This document shows, one piece after another, positions 49,703 through 59,888 of a stretch of 64,000 bases of DNA (within the stretch, counting starts at the first letter, position 1; every line of letters starts with the position of its first letter). This DNA is from Victivallales bacterium (lineage in GTDB: Bacteria > Verrucomicrobiota > Lentisphaeria > Victivallales > GWF2-38-69): contig JAIPJT010000009.1 of NCBI GenBank assembly GCA_021733985.1, positions 4,323-68,322 on the forward strand. Reading direction: 5' to 3'. The notes below the pieces were generated by a model. It did no database searches. It had not been told where the DNA came from and saw only the letters and a list, made by a program, of their open reading frames with translations. Position numbers and translations under genes: made by a program.

Positions 49703-50371
49703 ATGACTGAAAAAATTTTTAAAAATATACCTTTTAATATTCGTTTTGAAGAATTGTATCAAAGGCTTCACGTAAAAGATAATACACGCTTTTCCGATAT
49801 GATTAAAGAGTTGGCAGATGAAGGTGCTGCAAAAGCGAACCTCAAAGGTATGTACAAAAGTTGTTATATAGATGAAAAGGGTAAGGATTTCATTATTGTC
49901 GAAGGTGTAAAGCTAACGAGTAGAATATTAAGAAAAAATGTAGATAAAATAAACAAAATATTTTTATATATTGCTACTTGCGGATATGAGCTTTCCGAGT
50001 GGTGTTCAAAAAAAACCGATCTGCTCGAAAATTTCATAGCCGATGCAATACAGGAACATGCATGCAGGATAGCTGCAGATACTGTAATTCGGGAAATTGA
50101 TGAAAAATTCAAGCTTGAAAATCCATCATCGATGAATCCGGGATCTCTGGCTGACTGGCCGATCTTTGAGCAGGATAAATTATTTACTATAGCCGGGAAT
50201 GGAGCTGAGGCAATATCGGTCAGCATTAATGAAAACTATTTAATGCAGCCTACAAAGTCTCTTTCCGGAATCAGATTCTCAAGCGAGGTGACTTTTTGTA
50301 ACTGCCGGATGTGCCCCCGGGAGAACTGCCCTACAAGAAAAGCCGAATACACAGAACAGCATAATTATTAG
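49703..50371 (+). CDS. Stand-alone vitamin B12-dependent methionine synthase activation-domain-like protein
   Basis: YIATCG, SMNPGSL.DWPI.EQ..LF, LMQPTKSLSGI, C-terminal CRMCPRENCPTR. Confidence 0.85.
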   Translation: MTEKIFKNIPFNIRFEELYQRLHVKDNTRFSDMIKELADEGAAKANLKGMYKSCYIDEKGKDFIIVEGVKLTSRILRKNVDKINKIFLYIATCGYELSEWCSKKTDLLENFIADAIQEHACRIAADTVIREIDEKFKLENPSSMNPGSLADWPIFEQDKLFTIAGNGAEAISVSINENYLMQPTKSLSGIRFSSEVTFCNCRMCPRENCPTRKAEYTEQHNY

Positions 50372-50512
50372 AAGCTACACGAAAAGAATCTTAGTTTTAC
50401 AGGATGATATTTAAAATTACTAATATAAAATATCAAATGAGATTTACTACTGTTTTATAATTTGCTGTTCAGTAGTTTATTAGAAAAAAAATTTAATTTT
50501 ATCAGAAAAAAA

Positions 50513-52609
50513 ATGATTTATAAAAAACTTTCGATAATAATTCCTGTATATAATGAAGAGAAAACAATTTTAAATGTTCTTCATAAAATATCTACTGTTA
50601 ATTTAACTCTGAAAAAGGAGATAATAATAGTAAATGACGGTTCTACTGATAATTCCGAAAAAATAATTAAAGAGTGGCTGGCCGGTAAAGTAGCAAACAA
50701 CAATATTTTTTATCTGACTAAGGAAAACGGAGGAAAAGGATCTGCAGTAAGGCATGGTATAGAAAATTCCACTGGCGACATAGTGATAATACAGGATGCA
50801 GATTTAGAGTATAATCCGGAAGAAATAAATTACTGTATACAGCCGATAATTGATAATAAAGCAAAAGTGGTGTATGGCTCTCGTGAATTATCAGGGAAAA
50901 AGCGCAGGTATTCTTATATTTCATTTTTTATGGGAGGCTTGATAGTAACAAACTGGATTAATTTCTTATTCGGTACAGGCCTGACAGATGAACCAACCTG
51001 CTATAAAACTTTTGACGGCAACCTTATTAGATGCCTGCTTTTTAACGGAAACGGTTTCGAGTGGGAACCGGAAATCACATGTAAATTAATAAGATTGGGT
51101 TTTGACATATATGAAACCGGTATAAGCTATACTCCAAGAAATTTAGAAGAAGGGAAAAAAATTAATGCCTTTGACGGCTTTAAGGCTTTATGGGTGATTT
51201 TAGTATGGAGATTTGCACCAATAAAAAAAGAAAGTATCAAACTTAATGCATTAGCAGATAAATTTTTTTATTTTAAACGGCCTGAATTAAAAAAAATATT
51301 ATTCTTTGTTTTTTTTATTGCATTGTTATTACGTGCTTTGATATTAATCCCGGGTATAAATGATCCAAAAGAAAATTATTCCAGGCCGGACAGTTCTACA
51401 TATTTGAATCCCGCTGAAACATTAGCTGAAACAGGGGATTATAAATATAAAACTGATACTGAAAGTTATTATGCTTACCGTGCTCCAGGCTACCCGTTCT
51501 ATCTGGCTTTATTTTACAAATTCACTGATAATTTACAGTGGCCGGTTATTTTTATGTGTATTATAAGCGCACTGACCTGTGTGCCTATTTTCTATTCCGG
51601 ATATAATTTCGGAGGTAAATGGACAGGTTTTATTGCCGGACTTTTATTTGCATTTAATGTTACAAGCGCTTCACATGCTCCCTTGCTGCTGTCTGATACT
51701 TTGTTTACCTTTATTATTGCCGTACAATTTTTTTATTTTATAAAATTTTACTTTACTAAAAGGAGTTTATTTCTATTCATTTCTGTATTTTTAGCTTCAA
51801 TTTCCGCTTATATCCGTCCTATAGAAATTTTATGGTTTTTACCTTGTCTGTTTCTTGTCTTTATTTTCAAAGAGTTTTATTTAAAAAAGAAAATCTCAGT
51901 TGCTGCTTTACTTTTTATACTCTTTTTTATACCTCTGCTGCCGTGGATGGCCAGGAATTATGTTAATAAAGCTGGTTTTTCACTCTCTACTGATGCAGGA
52001 AATTTATTATATAATAACGGGGCTGTTTTGCTTGGTAAAATAGAAAAACGCTCTCCTGAGAAAATTAGAGAAGAGATGCATAAATCGATAGATTTGAAGT
52101 TTAAGAAAAATCCTGATATTTATAGAACAGAAGCTGCAAGGGTAACGTACGAAAAAAATAAACTGTTAAAACTTATTTTAAAATATCCTTTTACTTATTT
52201 TGCTCTATCATTAAGACCATGGGTACTTTTGCCTGATTTACCGACATTTTACCAGGTTTTGGGAATAACTGTTTCGGGGAAGGGGACTTTTGATATATTA
52301 AACACTAAAGGGATATTTGCTGCAGTCAGCCATTATTTTAAGGGAAAAACGATGCTGCTGTTTTTATCCCTACCGCTTTTGCTGATAGTCGGACTAACTT
52401 ACCTCGGATGTTTACTTCAGTTTTTAAAGTGGCTTTTCCGGAAGCAGTGGTTTCTTGTTTTTACGGCAATCGCGTTCATAGAATATTTTTTATTTCTTCC
52501 GGGTCCGATAGCAATGCCGAGATATCATCTTCCGGCGTTACCTATGATGTGCGTAATGGCAGCACTTTTTATTTTTAAAATAATAAAACACGTTTCCTAC
52601 CGGAATTAG
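50513..52609 (+). CDS. GT2 (polyprenol-phosphate glycosyltransferase) fused to an ArnT/PMT-like GT-C membrane domain
   Basis: N-terminal IIPVYNEE, DGSTD, GKGSAV, IQDADLEY; C-terminal multi-TM region with PDSSTY, RAPGYP, LSDTLF, RYHLP. Confidence 0.88.
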   Translation: MIYKKLSIIIPVYNEEKTILNVLHKISTVNLTLKKEIIIVNDGSTDNSEKIIKEWLAGKVANNNIFYLTKENGGKGSAVRHGIENSTGDIVIIQDADLEYNPEEINYCIQPIIDNKAKVVYGSRELSGKKRRYSYISFFMGGLIVTNWINFLFGTGLTDEPTCYKTFDGNLIRCLLFNGNGFEWEPEITCKLIRLGFDIYETGISYTPRNLEEGKKINAFDGFKALWVILVWRFAPIKKESIKLNALADKFFYFKRPELKKILFFVFFIALLLRALILIPGINDPKENYSRPDSSTYLNPAETLAETGDYKYKTDTESYYAYRAPGYPFYLALFYKFTDNLQWPVIFMCIISALTCVPIFYSGYNFGGKWTGFIAGLLFAFNVTSASHAPLLLSDTLFTFIIAVQFFYFIKFYFTKRSLFLFISVFLASISAYIRPIEILWFLPCLFLVFIFKEFYLKKKISVAALLFILFFIPLLPWMARNYVNKAGFSLSTDAGNLLYNNGAVLLGKIEKRSPEKIREEMHKSIDLKFKKNPDIYRTEAARVTYEKNKLLKLILKYPFTYFALSLRPWVLLPDLPTFYQVLGITVSGKGTFDILNTKGIFAAVSHYFKGKTMLLFLSLPLLLIVGLTYLGCLLQFLKWLFRKQWFLVFTAIAFIEYFLFLPGPIAMPRYHLPALPMMCVMAALFIFKIIKHVSYRN

Positions 52610-52796
52610 ATAGTTATTTCTTTAGACAGAAGCCTTAAAAAAATATTTTTTTAATTTTCGATAAAACATTTCTATAAAATTAAGTAAAAATTATCAAATG
52701 ATAAGGTAAATATTGTATCATAATAGTTTAAATACAAAATTTATCAACTCTTAAATTTATTTATAGCTTTTAGACTTATGTTATTATAATTTTAGG

Positions 52797-54119
52797 TTAA
52801 AGGTGCATACCCAGTTTGGGTTTTTCTTTAGTGTTTTTCCTCTCCAGCACCTGAATGACGCTGTCAATTCCTCCGCCACCTGATTTGATATTGTTTATAT
52901 CTAGCCATATTGCTTTTACGCCGGCATTGCGAAGTGCCTCTTTATATTTATTACTGACTCCATCGACAGCGATTATAAGATTAGATCTTACAAGGAAGTA
53001 ATCTGTTGCAAGGTTGTCAATATCTTCTTTGGAAACAGGTATAATTTTATAATTAAGTTCTTTCTGTATATAATCAGTGAAAATAGCATCCTTTTCAGTA
53101 AGGATATATTGGCCTTTATTAAAATCCATTTCATAAACATCCGCTTTTGTTGGATTTTCTTCATTCATACGTTCCTGTGCAAACACAACTGTATTTTTGT
53201 TGAGCATATTGAAATATTTTTTTAAATGCATTTCAGAAGGACGCTTGAGTCTGTCTTTTACGACAATTATTTTATCAGTATCAAGCACTCTTTCTTTCGT
53301 CAGCTGTTTAACAGCTGCATTATTTGTCCTTATACCCTGTCCGACGAAACATACCTCATCTGCAGAAATAAAATCACTGCCTTCAAGCTTAGCATTACTT
53401 TTTAGTTCATATACAGGATCAATGTCTAAAAAATTCAAAAGAAACTTAAAAACTTCAGTTTCTTTTTTCCTTTGTGGGTTGGACAGTTTACCAACTATTA
53501 TTCCTTTACGTGTATTTATAGCAAGATCGTTCATATACAGGAAACTACTTATGGGATTTATGATAAACTTCGGCGAAAGCTTGTTGTCTGCGGTAATATG
53601 GTTCTGCTCGCGTTTTATTAATATTGTCGGATTAAGAAAAATCAGGTTTACAAGGTCCTGCGGGGAGAGATTGGAAATAATATGATTTTTGTAGTTTTGT
53701 AAATTTAAAGACAATGGTGCATTAGAGTTGGAAAATTGTATTTTTAAAAAATCTTCAGCAAAATATTGTAATTCCGATAAACTGTTTCCGGATACAGTCA
53801 TGCCGCTGCTGTCTACGGTTTTTGAAAATAGAACTTCTTTTGTTGTTAAAACTTTAACCCCTAAAGATTTTAATTTATCCGCGAGCAAAACTATTTCATT
53901 AAAAGCTTCTTCTCTATTGAAAACACCTTTAAAGCCGGAAACTACGGGAAAAATACTTATGAAAAAATCTTCGAGACCGGGAGGATGCACTAAAACAGTT
54001 TTTGCATCATACCAAACAGCTCCGGAGTGGGCTTTAATACTTGCATTATAAGCCGGGCAGTTGCTCGATAATAACAATGCTCCAAAAATAATTAATAAAG
54101 TTTTTCGTAAATGAACCAT
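52797..54119 (-). CDS. Arginine deiminase/amidinotransferase-fold protein with signal peptide, catalytic residues altered
   Basis: VLVHPPG, YMND (for FxRD), LEGSD, GIRTN, MHLKK (for MHLDT), GGGGIDS (for GGxxC). Confidence 0.82.
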   Translation of the reverse strand: MVHLRKTLLIIFGALLLSSNCPAYNASIKAHSGAVWYDAKTVLVHPPGLEDFFISIFPVVSGFKGVFNREEAFNEIVLLADKLKSLGVKVLTTKEVLFSKTVDSSGMTVSGNSLSELQYFAEDFLKIQFSNSNAPLSLNLQNYKNHIISNLSPQDLVNLIFLNPTILIKREQNHITADNKLSPKFIINPISSFLYMNDLAINTRKGIIVGKLSNPQRKKETEVFKFLLNFLDIDPVYELKSNAKLEGSDFISADEVCFVGQGIRTNNAAVKQLTKERVLDTDKIIVVKDRLKRPSEMHLKKYFNMLNKNTVVFAQERMNEENPTKADVYEMDFNKGQYILTEKDAIFTDYIQKELNYKIIPVSKEDIDNLATDYFLVRSNLIIAVDGVSNKYKEALRNAGVKAIWLDINNIKSGGGGIDSVIQVLERKNTKEKPKLGMHL

Positions 54120-54295
54120 GATTAACCTTTTTGATTTTATTTTAAAATTTTAACATTTACTGTTATTTTAAAGTATTTTATTAATTCGTGTACTGCATTT
54201 ATAAATTTAAAATCATTAAATATATGGTATTTTAATTTAGTTTTTATATAATAATATTATCATAAAAATGTTAAACTAAAAAAATGGAGGAAATT

Positions 54296-55945
54296 ATGAC
54301 ACTTGATCCTTTAGCCGGCAAACCTGCACCTAAATCAATTCTGACAAATATACCAAGGCTTATAAGCGCATATTATGCTGTAAAGCCCAACCCTGAAAAA
54401 GTCTCTAATCTTGTTTCTTTCGGTACATCAGGGCACAGAGGGATGTCTTTAAACGGTACCTTTAATGAAGATCATATAATGGCTATTACTCAGGCTATAT
54501 GCCAATATAGAAAACAGAATAGTATTGACGGCCCGCTTTTTATCGGTATCGATACACACGCTTTGTCGGAACCGGCTTTTATTACAGCACTAGAAGTATT
54601 AGCCGCAAACCAGGTTGAGAGTATGATACAGAAAGATGGTTATACTCCGACTCCTTCAGTTTCCCACGCAATCCTCAGATATAATAAAGGCAGGAAAACA
54701 GGTCTTGCTGACGGTATAGTTGTAACCCCGTCTCACAATCCGCCAAGTAACGGTGGTTTCAAGTATAATCCTCCAAACGGGGGGCCTGCCGATACCGGCA
54801 TTACCCAGTGGGTTGCTGACAAAGCGAACGAATTTCTTAAAAACGGAAATAAAGGGGTAAAAAGAATCTCTTATGAAAAAGCGCTGAAAGCTTCTACGAC
54901 TGTTGAATATGATTATGTGACTCCTTATGTAAATGCATTGAGAGATATAATTGATATGGAAGCGATCAAATCTGCTGGCCTCAAACTCTGTGCTGACTCA
55001 TTAGGCGGTTCTGGTCTTGGCTACTGGGGACCGATAGCTGAAACTTACGGACTCAATATTGATTTCAGAAATGATCATCCTGAACCGACTTTCAGTTTTA
55101 TGAATGTTGACAGAGACGGTAAAATCAGAATGGACTGTTCTTCCCCTTTTGCTATGGCGGGCCTGATCAGTCTGAAAGAAAAATATGATCTGGCATGGGG
55201 GAATGACCCTGACTTTGACAGACACGGAATTGTAACAAAAAGTGCCGGTCTCCTGAATCCAAATCATTATCTCGCTGTTGCAATTAATTATCTGTTTAGG
55301 AATAGAGAAGGCTGGAGAAAAGATGCTGCAGTTGGTAAAACCCTTGTCAGCAGTTCTATTATTGACAGGGTTGCAGTTGATCTGAATCGCAAACTTGCTG
55401 AGGTCCCTGTCGGATTTAAATGGTTTGTAAACGGCCTTGTTGACGGTTCTTTCGGTTTCGGCGGCGAAGAAAGTGCGGGTGCATCTTTCTTAAGAAAAGA
55501 CGGAACAGTATGGACAACAGATAAAGATGGGATGATCCTTTCTCTGCTTGCTGCAGAAATTACAGCTAAAACAGGAAGGGATCCGGGTGAACATTATAAA
55601 GATTTGACCGATAAATTCGGGTCACCTGTTTATGAAAGGATAGATGCTGCCGCAAATACTGAACAGAAAAATATACTGAAAAAACTTTCTCCGGAACAGG
55701 TAAAAGCAACCGATCTTGGCGGGGAGCAGATAACAGCAAAACTTACAAAGGCACCCGGTAATGATGCTGAAATAGGGGGTTTGAAAGTTGTCACCGAAAA
55801 CGGCTGGTTTGCGGCACGCCCGTCAGGTACAGAAGATGTATATAAAATCTATGCTGAAAGCTTCAAAGGAGAAGACCATCTTAAGCAAATACAAAAAGAG
55901 GCAAAAGCTATAGTTGACGATACCTTTAAAGCAGCAGGTGTATAA
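54296..55945 (+). CDS. pgm: Phosphoglucomutase (alpha-D-glucose-1,6-bisphosphate-dependent)
   Basis: [35 protein letters not shown]; GGAGG RBS before ATG 54296. Confidence 0.97.
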   Translation: MTLDPLAGKPAPKSILTNIPRLISAYYAVKPNPEKVSNLVSFGTSGHRGMSLNGTFNEDHIMAITQAICQYRKQNSIDGPLFIGIDTHALSEPAFITALEVLAANQVESMIQKDGYTPTPSVSHAILRYNKGRKTGLADGIVVTPSHNPPSNGGFKYNPPNGGPADTGITQWVADKANEFLKNGNKGVKRISYEKALKASTTVEYDYVTPYVNALRDIIDMEAIKSAGLKLCADSLGGSGLGYWGPIAETYGLNIDFRNDHPEPTFSFMNVDRDGKIRMDCSSPFAMAGLISLKEKYDLAWGNDPDFDRHGIVTKSAGLLNPNHYLAVAINYLFRNREGWRKDAAVGKTLVSSSIIDRVAVDLNRKLAEVPVGFKWFVNGLVDGSFGFGGEESAGASFLRKDGTVWTTDKDGMILSLLAAEITAKTGRDPGEHYKDLTDKFGSPVYERIDAAANTEQKNILKKLSPEQVKATDLGGEQITAKLTKAPGNDAEIGGLKVVTENGWFAARPSGTEDVYKIYAESFKGEDHLKQIQKEAKAIVDDTFKAAGV

Positions 55946-55954
55946 GTTATAATT

Positions 55955-56001
55955 GCAGAAAGGGGATCATTTCTTTTAAGCGGTAATGATTTCCTTTTTG
56001 T
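55955..56001 (+). terminator. Probable terminator after pgm
   Basis: AAAGGGGATCATT...AATGATTTCCTTTTT hairpin with T-tract. Confidence 0.65.
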
Positions 56002-56175
56002 ACTGAATCCCTTAACACCTTTTCAGCCGCTCAACAACCTGCAGTATAAGAGGAGGTGGGGATTAAAATGCTTTGTCATATAAATTGCGAAACCTCATTT
56101 TTAGTTTTTGCTGAGCAAAAGATAAAAATCTTCATGTTTTCTGTGTTCTTCGTGGTAGAAAAATAAACATAAAAT

Positions 56176-56246
56176 ATGTAACAAATCATTGCGCTCAACA
56201 GCTATTCCGCTATGCTCCATAGCTATAAATGAATTCGACGTTATTA
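56176..56246 (+). other. Orphan integron attC-like site
   Basis: TAACAAATCATT...AGCTAT-tccgctatgctcc-ATAGCT...AATGAATTCGACGTTA: AAC/GTT core ends, inner L-box-like palindrome and central hairpin; 71 bp. Confidence 0.5.
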
Positions 56247-56264
56247 AAGATAATGGGATGACTT

Positions 56265-56843
56265 ATGAACTACAGTTATATTGTTTCAATTTTCATAAAA
56301 GACCGTGTAGGTATAATCGCGGATGTTACAAAGGCGATAGTTAGACAGGGTGGAGATCTTGGGGATTTAAACCAGGCTGTCCTGAACGGATATTTTACAA
56401 TGATATTTATTGCGGAGTTTTATTCTGCGATTGATGCTGAAACACTCAAAGCGGAAATAAAAAACATTTTTGTTGAAAACGGCGATGAAATTTCACTTAC
56501 AGTAAAACCTTTAGCAGGAAAAACAGAATCGAATTCTTTTGATGATTTAGACTGTGAGGAGAACTATTATGTAATGACCGTTTCTTCAGGAAACAGAAAA
56601 GGGCTTGTTTCAGAGGTTGCTAATTTCTGCAGAGAGAACCAAATAAATATTCTGCATCTTTCTACCAAAGTTACAGAGGATGATAAATATATTATGATGT
56701 ACCTCATAGATCTTTCATCTGTCACTTTTTTGGATGTTTTTAGAAAAAAGATCAGGGAACTCGAAATTAACAGGAAACTAAGTATAGTATTGCAGCATAA
56801 TGATATTTTCAAAGCCACAAACGAAATAAAATATTATAAATAA
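56265..56843 (+). CDS. Tandem ACT-domain protein (GcvR-like)
   Basis: DRVGIIADVT and NRKGLVSEVA ACT motifs; C-terminal QHNDIFKAT, typical of genes preceding DUF711. Confidence 0.88.
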   Translation: MNYSYIVSIFIKDRVGIIADVTKAIVRQGGDLGDLNQAVLNGYFTMIFIAEFYSAIDAETLKAEIKNIFVENGDEISLTVKPLAGKTESNSFDDLDCEENYYVMTVSSGNRKGLVSEVANFCRENQINILHLSTKVTEDDKYIMMYLIDLSSVTFLDVFRKKIRELEINRKLSIVLQHNDIFKATNEIKYYK

Positions 56844-56849
56844 ATTACG

Positions 56850-58238
56850 GTGACAGTAATGATTAGACCGGACCATATTCTGAATACTGTCGGAATGATC
56901 CAGAAAGAAAAACTTGATGTCAGAACAGTGACCATGGGGATTAATATACTGGACTGCAGAGATACAAACGTTAAAAATACATGTAGGAATATAATCTCAA
57001 AAATAAAAAAATATGCCGGGAACTTTGTGGAAACATGTGATTCTTTCAGTGAAAAATATGCAATACCTGTTGTCAATAAAAGGATTGCAGTAACTCCAGT
57101 TTCATTCATCGGCTCTAACTATTCAGTTTATGACTTTATCGAATTAGCCAGGGCGCTGGACAGGGCTGCAGAAAATGTGGGAATAGATATTATAGGCGGT
57201 TTCTCCGCTAATGTGGAAAAGGGCCTTACTGATGCCGATAAAATATTTATTGATTCTATTCCGGAAGCGCTTTCTTCAACTTTGCGTGTATGTTCTTCTA
57301 TAAATGTAGGGTCTACCAGGTACGGAATTAATATGGATGCTGTGAAGACAGTCGGTGAAAAAATCAAAGAGGTGTCGGAACTTACTGCCGACAGAGGTGG
57401 TTTTGGAGCTGCTAAATTTGTTGTTTTCTGCAATCAGCCAGGCGACAATCCGTTTATGGCGGGAGCTATACACGGTTTGGGAGAAGCTGAAGCTGTTATA
57501 AATGTAGGTGTCAGCGGTCCCGGTGTTATAGCAAGCGCGCTAAAAAGGAAAATTAACTCTGAGGAGAGCTGCCGGCTCGGCCTGCATGATATTGCAGAGG
57601 AAATAAAACTTACTGCTTTCAGAGTAACAAGATGCGGAGAGCTAATCGGAAGAAAAGTTGCCGATTATCTCAAGCTTCCCTTTGGCGTTGTTGACCTGTC
57701 GCTTGCACCGACCCCTGAGATAGGAGATAGCATAGGTGAGATAATAAAAATAATGGGTGTTGACTCAATTGGCGCACCCGGGTCAACGGCCATAATTGCA
57801 ATGATAAATGATGCGGTAAAAAAAGGTGGCGCATTCGCAAGCCAGGCGGTAGGCGGGCTCAGCGGTGCTTTTATACCTGTAATGGAAGATGCCGAACTTG
57901 CTGAAGCTGTAGCAAATCAGGAACTTAGCTTAGAAAAGCTTGAGGCTATGACATCTGTATGCTCGGTCGGGCTTGATATGGTTGCAGTACCCGGTTCGGT
58001 TGATGCAAAAACACTTTCTTCCCTGATAGCGGATGAAATGGCTATTGGAATGATTAACAGCAAAACAACTGCTGTTAGAGTTATACCTGTCCCGAATAAA
58101 AAGGCCGGTGAATTTGTTTCATTTGGAGGTTTATTCGGAGAAAGTGTAATTATGCCGGTGAACAACCTTGGCAAGTCGGAAAGATTCGTTGATTTTGCAG
58201 GCAGAATACCTGCTCCTATCCACAGCCTGAAAAATTAA
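56850..58238 (+). CDS. DUF711/UPF0210 (PFL-like) protein
   Basis: LDVRTVTMGI, NKRIAVTP, DNPFMAGA, DLSLAPT, VCSVGLDM, PAPIHSLKN. Confidence 0.95.
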   Translation: MTVMIRPDHILNTVGMIQKEKLDVRTVTMGINILDCRDTNVKNTCRNIISKIKKYAGNFVETCDSFSEKYAIPVVNKRIAVTPVSFIGSNYSVYDFIELARALDRAAENVGIDIIGGFSANVEKGLTDADKIFIDSIPEALSSTLRVCSSINVGSTRYGINMDAVKTVGEKIKEVSELTADRGGFGAAKFVVFCNQPGDNPFMAGAIHGLGEAEAVINVGVSGPGVIASALKRKINSEESCRLGLHDIAEEIKLTAFRVTRCGELIGRKVADYLKLPFGVVDLSLAPTPEIGDSIGEIIKIMGVDSIGAPGSTAIIAMINDAVKKGGAFASQAVGGLSGAFIPVMEDAELAEAVANQELSLEKLEAMTSVCSVGLDMVAVPGSVDAKTLSSLIADEMAIGMINSKTTAVRVIPVPNKKAGEFVSFGGLFGESVIMPVNNLGKSERFVDFAGRIPAPIHSLKN

Positions 58239-58263
58239 TAAACCTCTATTGCCGGAGAACGAA

Positions 58264-59493
58264 ATGTTAAATATTAACGGTAAACGGCTTAGACAATCTC
58301 TGGAAATCATGGCGGAAATCGGGGCTACCCCTGGAGGTGGTGTACAGCGTCTTTCTCTGACTGATGAAGATAAAGCTGCCAGAGAACAAATAATCAGCTG
58401 GATGAGAGAAGTCGAACTTGATGTTAAAGTCGATGAAATGGGCAACATTTTTGGTATACGAAATGGGCGTAATAACGATTTATCTCCTGTTATGACAGGT
58501 TCACATTGTGATACTCAGCCTAAAGGCGGCAGATTCGACGGAATTCTCGGTGTTATTGGGGGGCTTGAAGTTTTGAGAATTCTGCATGAAAACAATATTG
58601 AAACTCAAAGGCCTGTAATTCTAGCAGTTTGGACTAACGAAGAAGGTTTCAGATTTTCTCCCGCAATGGTTTCTTCCGGTGTCTGGGCTGGAAAACTTGA
58701 ACTCGAATGGGCATACAGAAGAACAGATCTAACAGGCGCTAAATTAGGTGACGAACTTGAGCGAATAGGATATAAAGGAGATATGCCTGCAGTAAGCCGG
58801 CCGATTTATGCTCATTATGAGTTGCATATTGAGCAGGGGCCGATTTTGGAAAAAGAAAATAAAACCATAGGAGTCCCCAAAGGGGTATTGTGTCTTCACT
58901 GGTATGACGTATATATCGAAGGAGAGGCGAACCAGGTTGGCCCTACGCCTATGGCGGGACGTCATGACGCATTATGCGCAGCTTCAGAAATGATCTTAAA
59001 AGTCAATGAACTTCCTTCAAAGATGGGTGGAAATATGGTTGCTACTGTCGGAGAAATTCATAATATGCCGAACTCAAGGAATATAATTCCTGACAAAGTA
59101 CATTTTACTGTAGATATCCGCTCCTGGGATGACGTATTTGCTTTAAAAGCCTGGGAAAATTTAAGGGGCAGTTTTATTAATATTGCCGATGCAAGGGGGT
59201 GTCAACTAAAAACAGAGATATCCTGGCGTGTTGAACATGCGCTTTTCAATCAGGAACTTGCACGGAAAATACTGGAAAAAGCGGGAAAAAGGAATTACAG
59301 CTCTCTATATATGGTAAGCGGAGCAGGACATGATGCCTCTTATATTAATCAGGTAGCGCCTACTTCAATGATATTTGTTCCCAGTATCGGTGGAAGAAGC
59401 CATGTGGAAGTAGAAGATACAAAGTGGGAAGATTGTGAAGCAGGAGCAAATGTGCTTCTGGATTGTATCATTGATTCCTCAATGGAAATATAA
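58264..59493 (+). CDS. Zn-dependent M20 amidohydrolase (N-carbamoyl-amino-acid/allantoate hydrolase family)
   Basis: GSHCDTQP.GGRFDG, NEEG.RF, ELHIEQGP, SGAGHDA; GGAG RBS before ATG 58264. Confidence 0.93.
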   Translation: MLNINGKRLRQSLEIMAEIGATPGGGVQRLSLTDEDKAAREQIISWMREVELDVKVDEMGNIFGIRNGRNNDLSPVMTGSHCDTQPKGGRFDGILGVIGGLEVLRILHENNIETQRPVILAVWTNEEGFRFSPAMVSSGVWAGKLELEWAYRRTDLTGAKLGDELERIGYKGDMPAVSRPIYAHYELHIEQGPILEKENKTIGVPKGVLCLHWYDVYIEGEANQVGPTPMAGRHDALCAASEMILKVNELPSKMGGNMVATVGEIHNMPNSRNIIPDKVHFTVDIRSWDDVFALKAWENLRGSFINIADARGCQLKTEISWRVEHALFNQELARKILEKAGKRNYSSLYMVSGAGHDASYINQVAPTSMIFVPSIGGRSHVEVEDTKWEDCEAGANVLLDCIIDSSMEI

Positions 59494-59596
59494 TCAGGAG
59501 CAAACAACCCGGTATTTAGAGGCTGAACGAAAAGGTTTGCTTCTGTTCAGATCGTATAGAGCCGCAGAGCATGAAACCTTTTCGTATGACATCTAA

Positions 59597-59866
59597 TTAT
59601 AATTTATATGCTTTTTCAAGGTCAATTACTGAGAAAGTGTCTAAGGCAATAAGAGTTTTCGTTCTGCTTATAACATCTATATTAACAATTTCTTCTGTTA
59701 AAATTTTAGACAGATTACTAGAGTCTTCTGCTCTGAAAATTGCTACAAAATCATATTCACCTGCAACAGTATAGATATCTGTAATGCCTTTAATTTTTTT
59801 CACTTCATTAAAGGCTTCTTTTAATTTTGAGCGTTTTACATTGAACAGAATTATAGCGGTAGTCAT
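59597..59866 (-). CDS. Stand-alone Lrp/AsnC ligand-binding (RAM) domain protein
   Basis: IYTVAGEYDFVA...I..IDVISRTKTLIA; 89 aa, no HTH. Confidence 0.88.
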   Translation of the reverse strand: MTTAIILFNVKRSKLKEAFNEVKKIKGITDIYTVAGEYDFVAIFRAEDSSNLSKILTEEIVNIDVISRTKTLIALDTFSVIDLEKAYKL

Positions 59867-59888
59867 GTTTAAAACCCTTTCTCATTTA

